This document shows positions 1 through 10,595 of a stretch of 64,000 nucleotides of DNA, one piece after another. A program made the translations under genes and the position numbers. Every line of letters starts with the position of its first letter. Positions within the stretch are counted from its first letter, which is position 1. This DNA is from Deferribacterales bacterium (GTDB lineage: Bacteria; Chrysiogenota; Deferribacteres; Deferribacterales; Geovibrionaceae), in NCBI GenBank assembly GCA_050251875.1, contig JBFWMA010000006.1:32001-96000 (forward strand). Reading direction: 5' to 3'. A model generated the notes under the pieces. It made no database searches and was not told the origin of the DNA. It worked only from the letters and a program-made list of their open reading frames with translations.

Positions 1-102
1 AGCATGTTTATTTTTTGACTGCCGGAGGTTGTTTTTTAATCACACCGTTATTTCACCCTGATGAATATCCCTATATTCATTTATATGTATGCGCCCGGGT
101 GA

Positions 103-110
103 GCCGATAA
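103..110 (+). promoter_or_regulatory. Putative sigma-28 (FliA) -10 element upstream of the chemoreceptor gene
   Basis: Exact GCCGATAA about 80 bp upstream of an MCP start; the -35 (TAAA) match is poor. Confidence 0.45.
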
Positions 111-191
111 GCATATATCCATATTTAGCCATCCATAACAATAACTTATGGCACGCTAATTGCATAATACCTTATTACACGGAGGATCAAT

Positions 192-1604
192 ATGTGGGGA
201 CAAAACAACAAAAACTTCAACAACATGCTAAAAAGACTGGAGGAGATGGCAGACGGAAGCATGAATCTGAACTGCTCTTTCCAGCCGCAGAAAGACAGCC
301 TGTGCTGTAAGACAGGCGGGCTCATCACCAAAGTTTTTTCTAAAATTCACGCAATAGTGCATAAAATATCAACGGCGTCTGTCAGACTGTCGAAAACCGC
401 TCCGGAGCTGCAAAAAGCGGCAACGGAGCTGAAATCCGCATCCACATCTCAGGCGGAGCAGGCGGTTCAGATAGCCGCAGCCGGAAGACAGCTCTCCGCC
501 ACAGTGGAGAGCGTCACAGAGAGCACAATGGAGGCGAGCAGATATTCATCAGAGATCATAGCGTCCGCCGGAAACGCCATGGAAAAGAGCCGCAATACCG
601 CCGACTCTATGTCCAATGTAAAATTGATGGTGAACGAGCTTGAGGCTCAGATGAAAACTATGGAGGAATACTCCAGCTCCATCGGCTCTATCATGGAGAT
701 GATAAAAAAGATAGCCGACCAGACCAACCTTCTCTCTCTGAACGCCTCCATAGAAGCGGCAAGGGCGGGAGAGATGGGCAGAGGATTCGCCGTGGTCGCC
801 ACAGAGGTGCGCAAGCTGGCGGAGCAGTCCATGGAAGCCACAAACGGCGTGGAACAGATACTGAACAACATCAGAAACAGCATAAAGACATCCGGAAAAT
901 CAGTGGACAATGTTCTGACGTCCGTGGAATCCACAGTGACAGTCAGCGCTGAGGCGGCGGATATTCTGGATAAACTGACAACTGATATAAAGCATCTGGA
1001 CGAAAGACTCTCCATGATAGCCCAGGCGGGACAGGAGCAGTCGGACACAGTGAACAGCGTCGCCGATTCCATAGAGAGCATAGCGGCGCAGGCGGAACAG
1101 CAGTCGTCTCTGTCTGAAAAACTGGAGACCATCGTCACAGACATCAATGACGGATGTGACGAACTTCTGGTGTCCATAGGCGAGTTCAGGCTCCAGTCCC
1201 ATGAAAAATCCGCCTCAATCGTGGAAACAGGCGCCCTATCCGCCGATATGGTTTCCATGGACGGATCACGCATGGAGACCTATCTGAATAATTTTATCAG
1301 GTCAAACAGCTTCATAGAGCTGGCATACGTCACAGACGCCAGAGGCAGACAGGTGTCAGCCAATATCTGGAACAGAAGCGTCAGAGGCGAAAACGACAGA
1401 AGCTCCATAGGATCTGACTGGAGCACCAGAGAGTGGTTCAAAAACCCGGCGAAAACAGGCAAAACTTACATCAGCGATATATACAGATCGGTGGCTTCCG
1501 GAGGGTTCTGCTTCTCCGTTGCCGTGCCTGTGAAAACACCTGACGGAAACCTGAAAGGAATTTTCGCTGTGGATATCAATTTTGCGGATATGTTAACCAT
1601 TTAA
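192..1604 (+). CDS. Soluble methyl-accepting chemotaxis protein with C-terminal Cache/PDC-like domain
   Basis: MCP signature [37 protein letters not shown]; no transmembrane segment; C-terminal AYVTDARG...DWSTREWF...YISDIY...VAVPV...GIFAVD resembles a Cache module; GGAGG RBS. Confidence 0.9.
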   Translation: MWGQNNKNFNNMLKRLEEMADGSMNLNCSFQPQKDSLCCKTGGLITKVFSKIHAIVHKISTASVRLSKTAPELQKAATELKSASTSQAEQAVQIAAAGRQLSATVESVTESTMEASRYSSEIIASAGNAMEKSRNTADSMSNVKLMVNELEAQMKTMEEYSSSIGSIMEMIKKIADQTNLLSLNASIEAARAGEMGRGFAVVATEVRKLAEQSMEATNGVEQILNNIRNSIKTSGKSVDNVLTSVESTVTVSAEAADILDKLTTDIKHLDERLSMIAQAGQEQSDTVNSVADSIESIAAQAEQQSSLSEKLETIVTDINDGCDELLVSIGEFRLQSHEKSASIVETGALSADMVSMDGSRMETYLNNFIRSNSFIELAYVTDARGRQVSANIWNRSVRGENDRSSIGSDWSTREWFKNPAKTGKTYISDIYRSVASGGFCFSVAVPVKTPDGNLKGIFAVDINFADMLTI

Positions 1605-1675
1605 TTATATATTAATCCGTAAACCAACAGTTCACTTTTCAAAAATATTCTGATATATTTAGAAAAGGAGCTTCT

Positions 1676-2353
1676 ATGGATTTTTATGAAATGCTGGCGA
1701 TGAACTATGACATTATATTCCCGTTCTCTCAGGAGATGGCGGATTTCGTGCTGTCGCTGACACCCGTTGCGGGAAAGATTCTGGATATCGGCAGCGCCAC
1801 CGGAAAATATATCAGTCATTACATAGCGAAAGGGTACAGAGCCTTCGGTCTGGAATACTGTCCGAAGCTGATAGCATATAAAAACAGCACAGTGGTGGGC
1901 GACATGAACTCCCTGCCCTTTCAGGAAGGGTTCGACACCGCCGTATGCATGGGCAATACACTTGTCCACGCCGCCAGCTATAAGCATGCTCACAACATCC
2001 TGTCCGGAATATACAACCTGCTGGAAAAAGACGGACGGGCGGTGGTACAGATACTGAATTACGAGCGGATACTCCGGCAGAAGCCTATGTTTCTGCCTGC
2101 CATAAAGACACCTTCATGCACCTTCGAGCGCAGATATGAATATCACGGGGGCAAGATTCTGTTCACCGGAACACTCACCTCCGGTTCCAGAAAGATGAAG
2201 TCAGAGGTCACACTCTGTCCTATCACCCCCAGAGAGCTGATGGACATGTCCTTTGATTCCGGGTTCAGACAGGTGCTGTATTACGGAGGATCGAAGGGAG
2301 AAGCGTTCGACATGGACGAGAGCTTCGCCCTGACAGCCGTTTTACAAAAATAA
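1676..2353 (+). CDS. Class I SAM-dependent methyltransferase
   Basis: ILDIGSATG motif I, GDM, FDTAVCMGNTL; GGAG RBS. Confidence 0.85.
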   Translation: MDFYEMLAMNYDIIFPFSQEMADFVLSLTPVAGKILDIGSATGKYISHYIAKGYRAFGLEYCPKLIAYKNSTVVGDMNSLPFQEGFDTAVCMGNTLVHAASYKHAHNILSGIYNLLEKDGRAVVQILNYERILRQKPMFLPAIKTPSCTFERRYEYHGGKILFTGTLTSGSRKMKSEVTLCPITPRELMDMSFDSGFRQVLYYGGSKGEAFDMDESFALTAVLQK

Positions 2354-2404
2354 ACATGGATTTTTCGCTCCCGGTCAATATCTTTCTAAAAAGAGGTTAG
2401 ACAC

Positions 2405-3172
2405 ATGCGGAAAATGCCCGTTCTCTTCATCGGTCACGGTTCCCCCATGAACATCATCCAGACCAACGCCTATACCGACAGCCTTAAAAAACTGGGTGAA
2501 TCCCTCCCCGGACCAAAAAGCATATGCGTCTTCTCCGCCCACTGGCAGACATCCGGCACACTGATACACTGCGAGGACACGGCTAAGCAGATTTATGACT
2601 TTTACGGTTTTCCGGACGAGCTCTACAACATCGTATATCAGCCGAAAGGGCACAGCGAAACGGCGGTGAGAGCTGCCGGCAGAGCCGGGCTCACCTGTGA
2701 CGGCTCATGGGGCAGCGACCACGCCGCCTGGAGCGTTCTGAAACACATGTACCCGAAAGCCGACATACCCGTATTTTACATCAGTTCCGATATGACGGCG
2801 GATTATCACACTCACTACGAAATATCTTCCAGCCTGAAACCTTTCCGTGAAGAGGGAGTGCTCTTCATCGGCAGCGGAAACATAGTGCATAATCTCCGTG
2901 ACGCAGATTTTCACAACACGGACGCAGAGCCTGACGAACGTGGGGTTCTGTTCGACCGTCAGATAGAAAAAGCCCTTCTGGAACACGATCACAATATCAT
3001 AAAAGACCCGATGTCTCTGGGGACATACGTCCGCTACAGCATCCCCACCAGAGACCACTACATCCCCTTTGTCCATGCCTGCGGACTGGCGGATGACACC
3101 GATCAGGTATCATTTCCGTGTAGTATTTTTCAAAACAGGTCTGTTTCCATGCGTTCCGTGTTATTTGAGTGA
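2405..3172 (+). CDS. ygiD: 4,5-DOPA-type extradiol dioxygenase (LigB/YgiD family)
   Basis: MPVLFIGHGSPM, SAHW, YDFYGFP, DHAAW, IGSGNIVHNL and PTRDHYIP motifs. Confidence 0.85.
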   Translation: MRKMPVLFIGHGSPMNIIQTNAYTDSLKKLGESLPGPKSICVFSAHWQTSGTLIHCEDTAKQIYDFYGFPDELYNIVYQPKGHSETAVRAAGRAGLTCDGSWGSDHAAWSVLKHMYPKADIPVFYISSDMTADYHTHYEISSSLKPFREEGVLFIGSGNIVHNLRDADFHNTDAEPDERGVLFDRQIEKALLEHDHNIIKDPMSLGTYVRYSIPTRDHYIPFVHACGLADDTDQVSFPCSIFQNRSVSMRSVLFE

Positions 3173-3182
3173 CCCATATCCG

Positions 3183-3211
3183 TTGACAAACGCCGATAGA
3201 AAAGTTTTAAT
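3183..3211 (+). promoter_or_regulatory. Putative sigma-70 promoter for the AMMECR1-OFOR unit
   Basis: TTGACA-N17-TTTAAT. Confidence 0.55.
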
Positions 3212-3237
3212 TATTTATTATTAATTCACGGTGACAT

Positions 3238-3792
3238 ATGGATTTTGAGCTGACGAGGGAATCAAAACTTTTCCTGTTAAAAACCGCTAAAGAGGCCATC
3301 CGGTCTAAACTTTTCGGAAACGTTCCCGCTCAGACCGATGCTCCTGAAGAGCTGTCGTTCAACAGCGGGTGTTTCGTGACCCTGCACCTCAGAAAGAGGC
3401 TCAGGGGATGTATAGGAAACTTCCGTGAAGATATGAATATCGTGCGGAACGTGGAAGAGATGGCTGTTTCGGCGGCTTTTTCCGACCCCCGATTCGGTCC
3501 TGTCTCGCGTGACGAATTCATGATGTGCGACATAGAGATATCCGTCCTCTCCCCCATGACGCCCTGCTCCGCAGACGAGATAAAAGTCGGCAGGGACGGC
3601 ATCTATATAGTGATGGGCTACAACAGAGGCGTTCTGCTGCCGCAGGTGGCAACGGAACACGGATGGAACGAAACCGAGTTTCTGGAACAGACCTGCGTAA
3701 AGGCGGGGCTGGACAGACAGGCATATAGAGACAAAGACGCGAAAATATACAGATTCGAGGCGCTGGTTTTCGGCGCTGACAACCTGTACTAA
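3238..3792 (+). CDS. amrA: AMMECR1-domain protein (AmmeMemoRadiSam system protein A)
   Basis: GCFVTL...LRGCIG, AAFSDPRF, IEISVLS, GVLLPQVA, CVKAG motifs. Confidence 0.9.
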   Translation: MDFELTRESKLFLLKTAKEAIRSKLFGNVPAQTDAPEELSFNSGCFVTLHLRKRLRGCIGNFREDMNIVRNVEEMAVSAAFSDPRFGPVSRDEFMMCDIEISVLSPMTPCSADEIKVGRDGIYIVMGYNRGVLLPQVATEHGWNETEFLEQTCVKAGLDRQAYRDKDAKIYRFEALVFGADNLY

Positions 3793-3803
3793 AGAGGATT
3801 GAA

Positions 3804-5489
3804 ATGGAAAAAACTTATGTATGGAAAGTGGGAGGTCCTGCCGGATTCGGCATCACCACTCTGGGTCCTGTTTTTGCCAAGATTCTGAAGGACTGCGGGT
3901 TTTACGTCCACGGCTATCTGGAATATCCATCACTCATCAGAGGCGGATACAACAGCTATCAGATGGTTTTCGGAAAAACTCCCGTGAAAGCCCCGAAAAA
4001 ACGCATTGATTTATACATCGCTCTGGACGATGTCTGCTTCGAAAAAGAAACCTTTGATGACGATACCATCGTGATCGGCGATTTTGACAATCTGAAAAAA
4101 GCTGACGGTATCAAAGGCAGGAAGATAAATATTCCGCTGAAAAAGATAGTGGAAGACCTGAACGGAAAAGACATCATGAGAAACACAGCGGCAATGGGAG
4201 CTTCCGCCGCCGCTCTGGGTCTGCCGAAAGATGTCATGACCGAAGTGGTGAAGGTCAGCTATCCCGGCAAAATATCACAGCCGAACATAGACGCCGCATG
4301 CGCCGGATACGATGCCTGCTCGGCTCACATTCCCCTTGAGATCACAAAAAATGACGCCTGCAAAACAGCCGCCGTAATGACAGGAAACGAAGCTGTCGCC
4401 ATCGGAGCCATCAGAGCCGGCGTGTCATTTTTCAGCACATATCCCATGACCCCCGCCTCATCCATCCTGCACTATCTGGCGAAAGAAGCCAGAGACTATC
4501 ACGTCACGGTGAAACACGCCGAAGACGAGATAGCGGGAATCCTGATGGCGATAGGCGCCGCCCACGCAGGCGGAAGAGCCATGACAGGAACATCCGGCGG
4601 AGGATTCGCCCTTATGAACGAGGGACTGGGACTTGCCGCCATCACAGAGACTCCTCTGGTGATAGCGCTTTCACAGCGCCCCGGACCTGCCACAGGCATG
4701 CCCACATGGACAGAACAGGCGGATCTGAGATACGCCCTGCACGCCTCACAGGGCGAGTTTCTGAGAGCTATCTTCACCCCCGCTGATCTGGACGAGGCAT
4801 ACAGATTCACAGTGGACGCCTTCAACGTGGCTGAGAAATATCAGATACCCGTTTTCGTTCTGCTGGATAAATTCCTTTCCGAGTCTCACTTCATGACGAC
4901 AGGAATGGACACCAACTACGGCACTATGGACAGAGGAATGATATATGAGGGCGACCCCGAAAAGCCCTTCGACCACTTCCAGAGATACGCCGAAGCGGAA
5001 AACGGCGTGTGCAAGCGCCCCATGATGGGAACACCCGGCGGTCTGTTCATAGCCGCCAGCAACGAACACGACAAGACAGGCTTCGTCATAGACACAGCCG
5101 ACAACAGAATATATCAGACCGACAGACGGTTTAAAAAACAGCCCTTCGTGGCGGCGGAGATGCCCCACCCCTATCTGATAGGCAAACCGGACGCAAAACT
5201 CACCTTCGTGTGCTTCGGCTCCATGAAACAGGTGCTCGATGAGGCTATGAAGTTTGACGACAGATTCAACTTCGTCTACTTCCCCGCCGTGCATCCTCTG
5301 GACTGGGAAAAGGTGGCAGAACTGCTGAAAGGCAAAAACCTCTGCGCTTTCGAAAACAACAAAACAGCCCAGCTGAAATCGATAATCACAGAGAACACAG
5401 GCATAGTGATAGAAAAACAATTTCTGAAATATGACGGACGCCCCTTCTTCACCGAAGAGGTTCTGGAATATGTTAACGAGGTGCTTTGA
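3804..5489 (+). CDS. 2-oxoacid:ferredoxin oxidoreductase alpha subunit (gamma-alpha fusion)
   Basis: YPSLIRGG, GNEAVAIGA, YPMTPAS, EDEIAG, TSGGGFALM, QRPGPATGMPT. Confidence 0.92.
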   Translation: MEKTYVWKVGGPAGFGITTLGPVFAKILKDCGFYVHGYLEYPSLIRGGYNSYQMVFGKTPVKAPKKRIDLYIALDDVCFEKETFDDDTIVIGDFDNLKKADGIKGRKINIPLKKIVEDLNGKDIMRNTAAMGASAAALGLPKDVMTEVVKVSYPGKISQPNIDAACAGYDACSAHIPLEITKNDACKTAAVMTGNEAVAIGAIRAGVSFFSTYPMTPASSILHYLAKEARDYHVTVKHAEDEIAGILMAIGAAHAGGRAMTGTSGGGFALMNEGLGLAAITETPLVIALSQRPGPATGMPTWTEQADLRYALHASQGEFLRAIFTPADLDEAYRFTVDAFNVAEKYQIPVFVLLDKFLSESHFMTTGMDTNYGTMDRGMIYEGDPEKPFDHFQRYAEAENGVCKRPMMGTPGGLFIAASNEHDKTGFVIDTADNRIYQTDRRFKKQPFVAAEMPHPYLIGKPDAKLTFVCFGSMKQVLDEAMKFDDRFNFVYFPAVHPLDWEKVAELLKGKNLCAFENNKTAQLKSIITENTGIVIEKQFLKYDGRPFFTEEVLEYVNEVL

Positions 5490-6310
5490 TGAAACCGCTT
5501 GATTATAACACAGGAAAGATACCCAACTGGTGCCCCGGATGCGGAAACTTCGCCATCTGGAACAGCATCAAAAAAGCCCTCGCCAATCTGGAAATAGAGC
5601 CCAATAAACTCGCTCTGGTATCCGGTATCGGCTGTTCAGGAAAGATGGTTAACTATGTCAGAAGCTACGCCCTGCACGCTCTGCACGGCAGAACACTGCC
5701 CATCGCCACCGGAATCAAACTCGCCAATCAGGGCATGACCGTTCTGGTAAACGGCGGTGACGGCGATGGTTACGGAATGGGGCTCGGACACCTGATCCAC
5801 GCCATCCGCAGAAACATCAACGTGACATACATCGTACACCACAACAAAGTATATGGTCTTACCACAGGACAGGCGGCTCCCACAGCCTTTGAAGGCACTA
5901 TATCAAAATCAACCCCCTTCGGCGTGGTGGATGCCCAGATCAATCCTCTGGTGCTGGCTATGGCGGCTGGAGCCACATTCGTGGCGAGAGGATATTCCGG
6001 CGAGTCAGAGCATCTGACAGACCTCATCATGCAGGGTATCGGACACAAGGGATTCGCCCTGATAGACGTTTTCCAGCCGTGCGTAACCTTCGGCGGAGAC
6101 TACAAGTATGAGTATTACGATCAGAGAGTCACCAAGATGACAGAGATTCCGTCACCTGACGAGGCCATCCGTCTCGCCACAGACAGCGAAAAACTGTCTC
6201 TGGGAATATACAGCAGATACAAACGTCCGCCCTATGAGGACAGACACCCAGAGATCAGCAAAAAGGTGGAAATGAAGGACGTGTCCAAACTCATCTCATC
6301 TTTTGTTTAA
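5489..6310 (+). CDS. 2-oxoacid:ferredoxin oxidoreductase beta subunit
   Basis: WCPGCG, SGIGCS, TPP-binding GGDGDG, YGLTTGQ, QPCVTF; TGATG overlap with the alpha gene. Confidence 0.92.
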   Translation: MKPLDYNTGKIPNWCPGCGNFAIWNSIKKALANLEIEPNKLALVSGIGCSGKMVNYVRSYALHALHGRTLPIATGIKLANQGMTVLVNGGDGDGYGMGLGHLIHAIRRNINVTYIVHHNKVYGLTTGQAAPTAFEGTISKSTPFGVVDAQINPLVLAMAAGATFVARGYSGESEHLTDLIMQGIGHKGFALIDVFQPCVTFGGDYKYEYYDQRVTKMTEIPSPDEAIRLATDSEKLSLGIYSRYKRPPYEDRHPEISKKVEMKDVSKLISSFV

Positions 6311-6317
6311 AAAATTG

Positions 6318-6495
6318 CGGCGGCATGTAAAATGCCGCCCTACTTAATGCGGCATTTCTAATCCCAGCTTGCTGACCAAATGCCGCCCTACTTATATCTG
6401 AGCAGAAACACCCGCCGATAGTAGGGCGGGGTTTTTCAGCTAGCTCGGCACAAAAACGCCCGCCGATAGTAGGGCGGGGTTTTATCACCCCGCCG
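6318..6495. repeat. Cluster of GTAG-tagged REP-like palindromes (BIME-like)
   Basis: Two minus-strand units ending aatgccgccctac (6343, 6391) and two plus-strand units starting gtagggcggggttt (6421, 6469), each with an internal GC stem; lies between convergent genes. Confidence 0.7.
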
Positions 6496-7537
6496 TTTTT
6501 ATTGAAAGTTTTTGTCTGACGCTTTTATATACCAAATATATAAGAAGTATTCCTGCGGCAATTCCGTGATATACCGTTCCGCCCTCTTTTTCTCCGCTGA
6601 AAGAAGAGGCGAAATGACCTCCGTCAGCGAACAGCATATCTATCACCACAGCAGAAGCCAGCGTAAAAAACATTATCGAAAACAGATAAACCGCCACAGC
6701 CTTTTTTCCCAGAAACTGCCTGACGATGTTTATTGTCACAATGTTTGTGGCAGGTGCCGCCGCCAGAAAGATGAACGCCGCCCCGGGAGTGAACCCGGCG
6801 AGCACAAGCGACAGAGCCACAGGGATAGCCGACACGGAACAGACATAAAGAGGAATACCCACAGCCAGAGCGGCAAAATATCCCATCCACACCCCGCCTG
6901 TCACTCCGCTCATGGTGTCAGGAGTAATCAGCATGGTTATCAGCCCGGCTATCAGAAGCCCCAGAAGCAGAGGGAAAGCCATATCTCCCAGCAGTTCCAC
7001 AAAAGCATATGAAAATATTGATTTAATCTTCGAAACAACAGTCTTCTTCTCTTCCACCTTCTCTCCGGAACAGCACGAAGACGCACACCCGCATGATTTC
7101 TGTTCCTCCGGTTCCGGCGCTTCCTCTCTGTCAAACATATCTGTGAGGGCTCCTGCGACCACTGCGGACAGAAAAGCAGACACCACACGAAAAGCCGTGA
7201 TGATCCACCCGAAAACGCCGTATGTGGCTATGATGGAGTCAGCGCCTGTCATGGGGGTGGATATAAAGAAACTTGTCACTGCGCCTTTTCCCGCCCCGCT
7301 CTTTCTCAGTGACGCCGCCAGCGGTATCACACCGCATGAGCAGACGGGAAGCGGAATCCCGATCACAGCGGCACGCACGGAAGACATCAGCCCCCTGCCG
7401 CCAAGATGTTTTTTGATATAGCTGTCAGAGACAAACTCGTGGATTATGCCCGCAGTGAGAAGTCCAACGATAATATACAGAGACATTAGCGAACTTATGT
7501 TCCAAACAGACTGAACAAAGGTGTATAATATATTCAT
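6485..7537 (-). CDS. Predicted heavy-metal permease (SO_0444/ArsP-like Cu/Zn transporter family)
   Basis: PLPVCSCGVIP and PLYVCS motifs, central Cys-rich loop SCGCASSCCS, many TM segments; start set at the ATG behind GGAG. Confidence 0.8.
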   Translation of the reverse strand: MNILYTFVQSVWNISSLMSLYIIVGLLTAGIIHEFVSDSYIKKHLGGRGLMSSVRAAVIGIPLPVCSCGVIPLAASLRKSGAGKGAVTSFFISTPMTGADSIIATYGVFGWIITAFRVVSAFLSAVVAGALTDMFDREEAPEPEEQKSCGCASSCCSGEKVEEKKTVVSKIKSIFSYAFVELLGDMAFPLLLGLLIAGLITMLITPDTMSGVTGGVWMGYFAALAVGIPLYVCSVSAIPVALSLVLAGFTPGAAFIFLAAAPATNIVTINIVRQFLGKKAVAVYLFSIMFFTLASAVVIDMLFADGGHFASSFSGEKEGGTVYHGIAAGILLIYLVYKSVRQKLSIKTAG

Positions 7538-7760
7538 AATACTCTCCGGCAATTCATACATAATTGATATGAATATTTTGTTTGATTGTCAAGCTATTTT
7601 TTTACAAAACATACCAGCTATTTATGCAGATATTCATATTATAATATATGTTAGGCAGCGAAAAAAAGTTATCGATTAACCTCAACAGGTTAGTATAATT
7701 TTTAGCATTCGATAATATTTTTCGTCTTGACATTATTGTTATAAAGTGGAAAAATTTTGT

Positions 7761-7779
7761 AATGATATTTTTTATCATT
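7761..7779. promoter_or_regulatory. Fur/PerR-family operator-like palindrome upstream of the cytochrome c peroxidase gene
   Basis: Perfect inverted repeat AATGATA-TTTTT-TATCATT; 2 mismatches to the 7-1-7 Fur box TGATAAT-N-ATTATCA. Confidence 0.5.
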
Positions 7780-7797
7780 TCAAACAGAGGAGGCATT

Positions 7798-8862
7798 ATG
7801 AAAACTTTATTGCTGAGCAGAAGGGCGAATCTGCTCCAAGTACTTTTTGCGGCCGCTATGTTCCTGACATTCGGCACAGCGAACGCTCAGGACGCGCTGA
7901 TGAAAGAGGCTCAGGCTACATTCCAGCCTATCCCCTCAAAAGCACCCGCTATCAAGGGCAACGCAGCCACACCGGTTAAAGTGGAGCTCGGTAAAATGCT
8001 CTACTTCGACCCCAGACTTTCAAAAAGCGGATTTATAAGCTGTAACTCCTGCCATAACGTTGGCATGGGCGGTATGGACTATCAGAAAACATCCACAGGA
8101 CACGGATGGAAACAAGGTCCCAGAAACGCCCCCACAGTTCTGAACTCTGTTTTCAACGTTGCTCAGTTCTGGGACGGCAGAGCGAAAGACCTTGCCGAGC
8201 AGGCTAAAGGACCCGTTCAGGCTGGCGTAGAGATGAACAACACACCCGAAAACGTTATCAAAACACTCAACAGCATGCCTCAGTATGTCACTATGTTCAA
8301 ACAGGCTTTCCCCAAAGAGAAAGACCCGGTGACATTCGACAACATGGCAAAAGCTATCGAAGTTTTCGAGGCAACACTCATCACTCCCGATTCCAGATTC
8401 GACAAATATCTGAAAGGCGACTCAAAAGCTCTGTCAGCTAATGAGAAAAAAGGTCTTAAACTGTTCATGGACAACGGATGTTCCGGATGTCACTCCGGCG
8501 TTAACATGGGCGGAGACGGATACTACACAATGGGCGTAATGGAAAGACCCGCAGAAGCCATCATGGCAGGCGACACAGGCAGATTCAAAGTGACAGAGGC
8601 GAAAGATGACGAGTTCTCCTTCAAATCACCCTCACTGAGAAACATCGACCTGACACCTCCCTACTTCCACTCAGGCGCTATATGGAGCCTTAAAGAAGCT
8701 ATTCAGGTGATGAACACCAGCCAGCTCGGATCTAAAATGTCAGATGCCGATCTCGTTCTGGTTGAAGCGTTCCTGAAATCAGCCACAGGTGTTCAGCCCA
8801 AAGTTGTTCACCCCGTGCTTCCCGCACCCACAGACGCCACACTGAAACCGGCGCTCGACTAA
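7798..8862 (+). CDS. ccp: Di-heme cytochrome c peroxidase
   Basis: Signal peptide, two CxxCH motifs (CNSCH, CSGCH), RNAPTVLN, QFWDGRA, FKSPSLRN, PYFHSG; AGGAGG RBS. Confidence 0.93.
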   Translation: MKTLLLSRRANLLQVLFAAAMFLTFGTANAQDALMKEAQATFQPIPSKAPAIKGNAATPVKVELGKMLYFDPRLSKSGFISCNSCHNVGMGGMDYQKTSTGHGWKQGPRNAPTVLNSVFNVAQFWDGRAKDLAEQAKGPVQAGVEMNNTPENVIKTLNSMPQYVTMFKQAFPKEKDPVTFDNMAKAIEVFEATLITPDSRFDKYLKGDSKALSANEKKGLKLFMDNGCSGCHSGVNMGGDGYYTMGVMERPAEAIMAGDTGRFKVTEAKDDEFSFKSPSLRNIDLTPPYFHSGAIWSLKEAIQVMNTSQLGSKMSDADLVLVEAFLKSATGVQPKVVHPVLPAPTDATLKPALD

Positions 8863-8871
8863 CAAACTCCT

Positions 8872-8899
8872 AAGGCGGTCTTCTGACCGCCTTTTTTTT
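8872..8899 (+). terminator. Rho-independent terminator
   Basis: aaggcggtc-ttct-gaccgcctt followed by a T tract. Confidence 0.8.
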
Positions 8900-8975
8900 C
8901 CTTTAATCTTGATTGTCATTTTACAATTCTCTGTATACAATATTACTTATTATTCACTTATTCCCGGAGGACACC

Positions 8976-10595
8976 TTGAGTATCAGAAAAAAGCTCATCA
9001 GCGTTGTTATCATCATCAATCTTCTCATAATCTCTATCTATGTTATGTATGTCGCAGGCATCAAGAAGGAATCCGTTTATCAGAAGATAGACTCCACCCT
9101 GCTTGCCGCCGCCGCTTCATCCAAGCCGAATCTGATAAATTATCACTTCAGCATATCCCAGAAAGACCCGTCTGAAGAACAGTATAAAAAACTGCTTCTG
9201 GCGCAGGGCGATGCGGCAGAGATATGCGGAGTTGAGTTCATATACTCCGCCATTAAAAAAGACGGTAAATTCTATTTCACCTCTGATTCCGCCTCTGAAG
9301 AAGACTTTAAAACAGGCGACATCAGCGAATATATGTCTGAATATGAAGACGCCAGCCCGAAAATGGACGAGGCGCTCTCCTCTTCACAGCCCCAATATGA
9401 CGAATACACCGATGAATGGGGCGCTCACCGCTCTATCTTTCTGCCTCTGGGCACCATAGGCGGGCATCAGGCGCTGATAGGCGTGGACTATCCCATGACA
9501 GAGCTGAAGTCAGAAATCAGAAGCGCTGTTCTGGGCGCTCTGTGGCGGGGCGGTCTGCTCTTCGTCCTCAGCACAGCCGCTTTCGTGGTTCTTTTGAACC
9601 CCATAATATCAAACGCCCAGAAGCTGATAAGCAGACTGGAAAATATGACTAAAAGCGGGCTCGATCTCACATCGAAAGTAGAGATTTCTTCCGGAGACGA
9701 GTTCGGACGTATAGCAGAGAAATTCAACCTGTTCGTGGACACCACCAGAGCCTCTCTTTCTGATATCATGGCGCAGGTGGACATAATATCCCGCTCCGGA
9801 TACACTCTGGAAAACAGCGTGAACGATATATCATCAGGCATCAGCACACAGGCGCTGGAGGTGGAAGACCTGCGCATATCCATAGACGAGATGAACGGCA
9901 GTATCAGCCAGATAGCCGGAAACTCCGTGGAGACATCCAGAAAGGCTTCCGAGACTCTGGATATAACCAACAACAGCAAATCATCAGTGCAGATAACCAT
10001 AGATCAGATAGGCGATATAGCCGACAGTATTGAACAGAACCTTCAGTTCATAGAACGCCTGCGCTCATCCGCAGACGCCATCGGCTCTATCAGCAGTGTT
10101 ATCAACGACATAGCAGACCAGACAAACCTTCTGGCGCTGAACGCCGCCATAGAAGCCGCCAGAGCCGGAGAACACGGCAGAGGATTCGCCGTGGTGGCTG
10201 ACGAAGTGCGCAAGCTGGCGGAAAAAACACAGAACTCGACCAAAGAGATATACAGCACCATAAACAGCCTTCAGACAGAGATGCAGGGAATAGTGGAGAA
10301 CTTTCACGAGACCACTCAGAAGTCGGAGAAGGGAAAAGAGATAGCGGACATCATAGGCGTGAGCATCGACACCATAGCCGAGCACACGACCACCACGGCA
10401 GACATGATAACCCAGATAGCCGCCGCCGCGGAACAGCAGTCTTCATCCACCACTGTCATATCCGACAAGGTGAACAACATAAACGAGATAGCCCATAGAA
10501 ACAGTGACGACCTGAGCAACATCAGCAGTTCGGCTGTGGAGCTGAACAACGTTGTGACCCAGCTGAAAAAAGCCGTATCAGTTTTCAGGATATAA
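8976..10595 (+). CDS. Membrane-bound methyl-accepting chemotaxis protein
   Basis: TM1, periplasmic domain, TM2, HAMP (DEFGRIA), MCP signature; TTG start behind GGAGG. Confidence 0.92.
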   Translation: MSIRKKLISVVIIINLLIISIYVMYVAGIKKESVYQKIDSTLLAAAASSKPNLINYHFSISQKDPSEEQYKKLLLAQGDAAEICGVEFIYSAIKKDGKFYFTSDSASEEDFKTGDISEYMSEYEDASPKMDEALSSSQPQYDEYTDEWGAHRSIFLPLGTIGGHQALIGVDYPMTELKSEIRSAVLGALWRGGLLFVLSTAAFVVLLNPIISNAQKLISRLENMTKSGLDLTSKVEISSGDEFGRIAEKFNLFVDTTRASLSDIMAQVDIISRSGYTLENSVNDISSGISTQALEVEDLRISIDEMNGSISQIAGNSVETSRKASETLDITNNSKSSVQITIDQIGDIADSIEQNLQFIERLRSSADAIGSISSVINDIADQTNLLALNAAIEAARAGEHGRGFAVVADEVRKLAEKTQNSTKEIYSTINSLQTEMQGIVENFHETTQKSEKGKEIADIIGVSIDTIAEHTTTTADMITQIAAAAEQQSSSTTVISDKVNNINEIAHRNSDDLSNISSSAVELNNVVTQLKKAVSVFRI

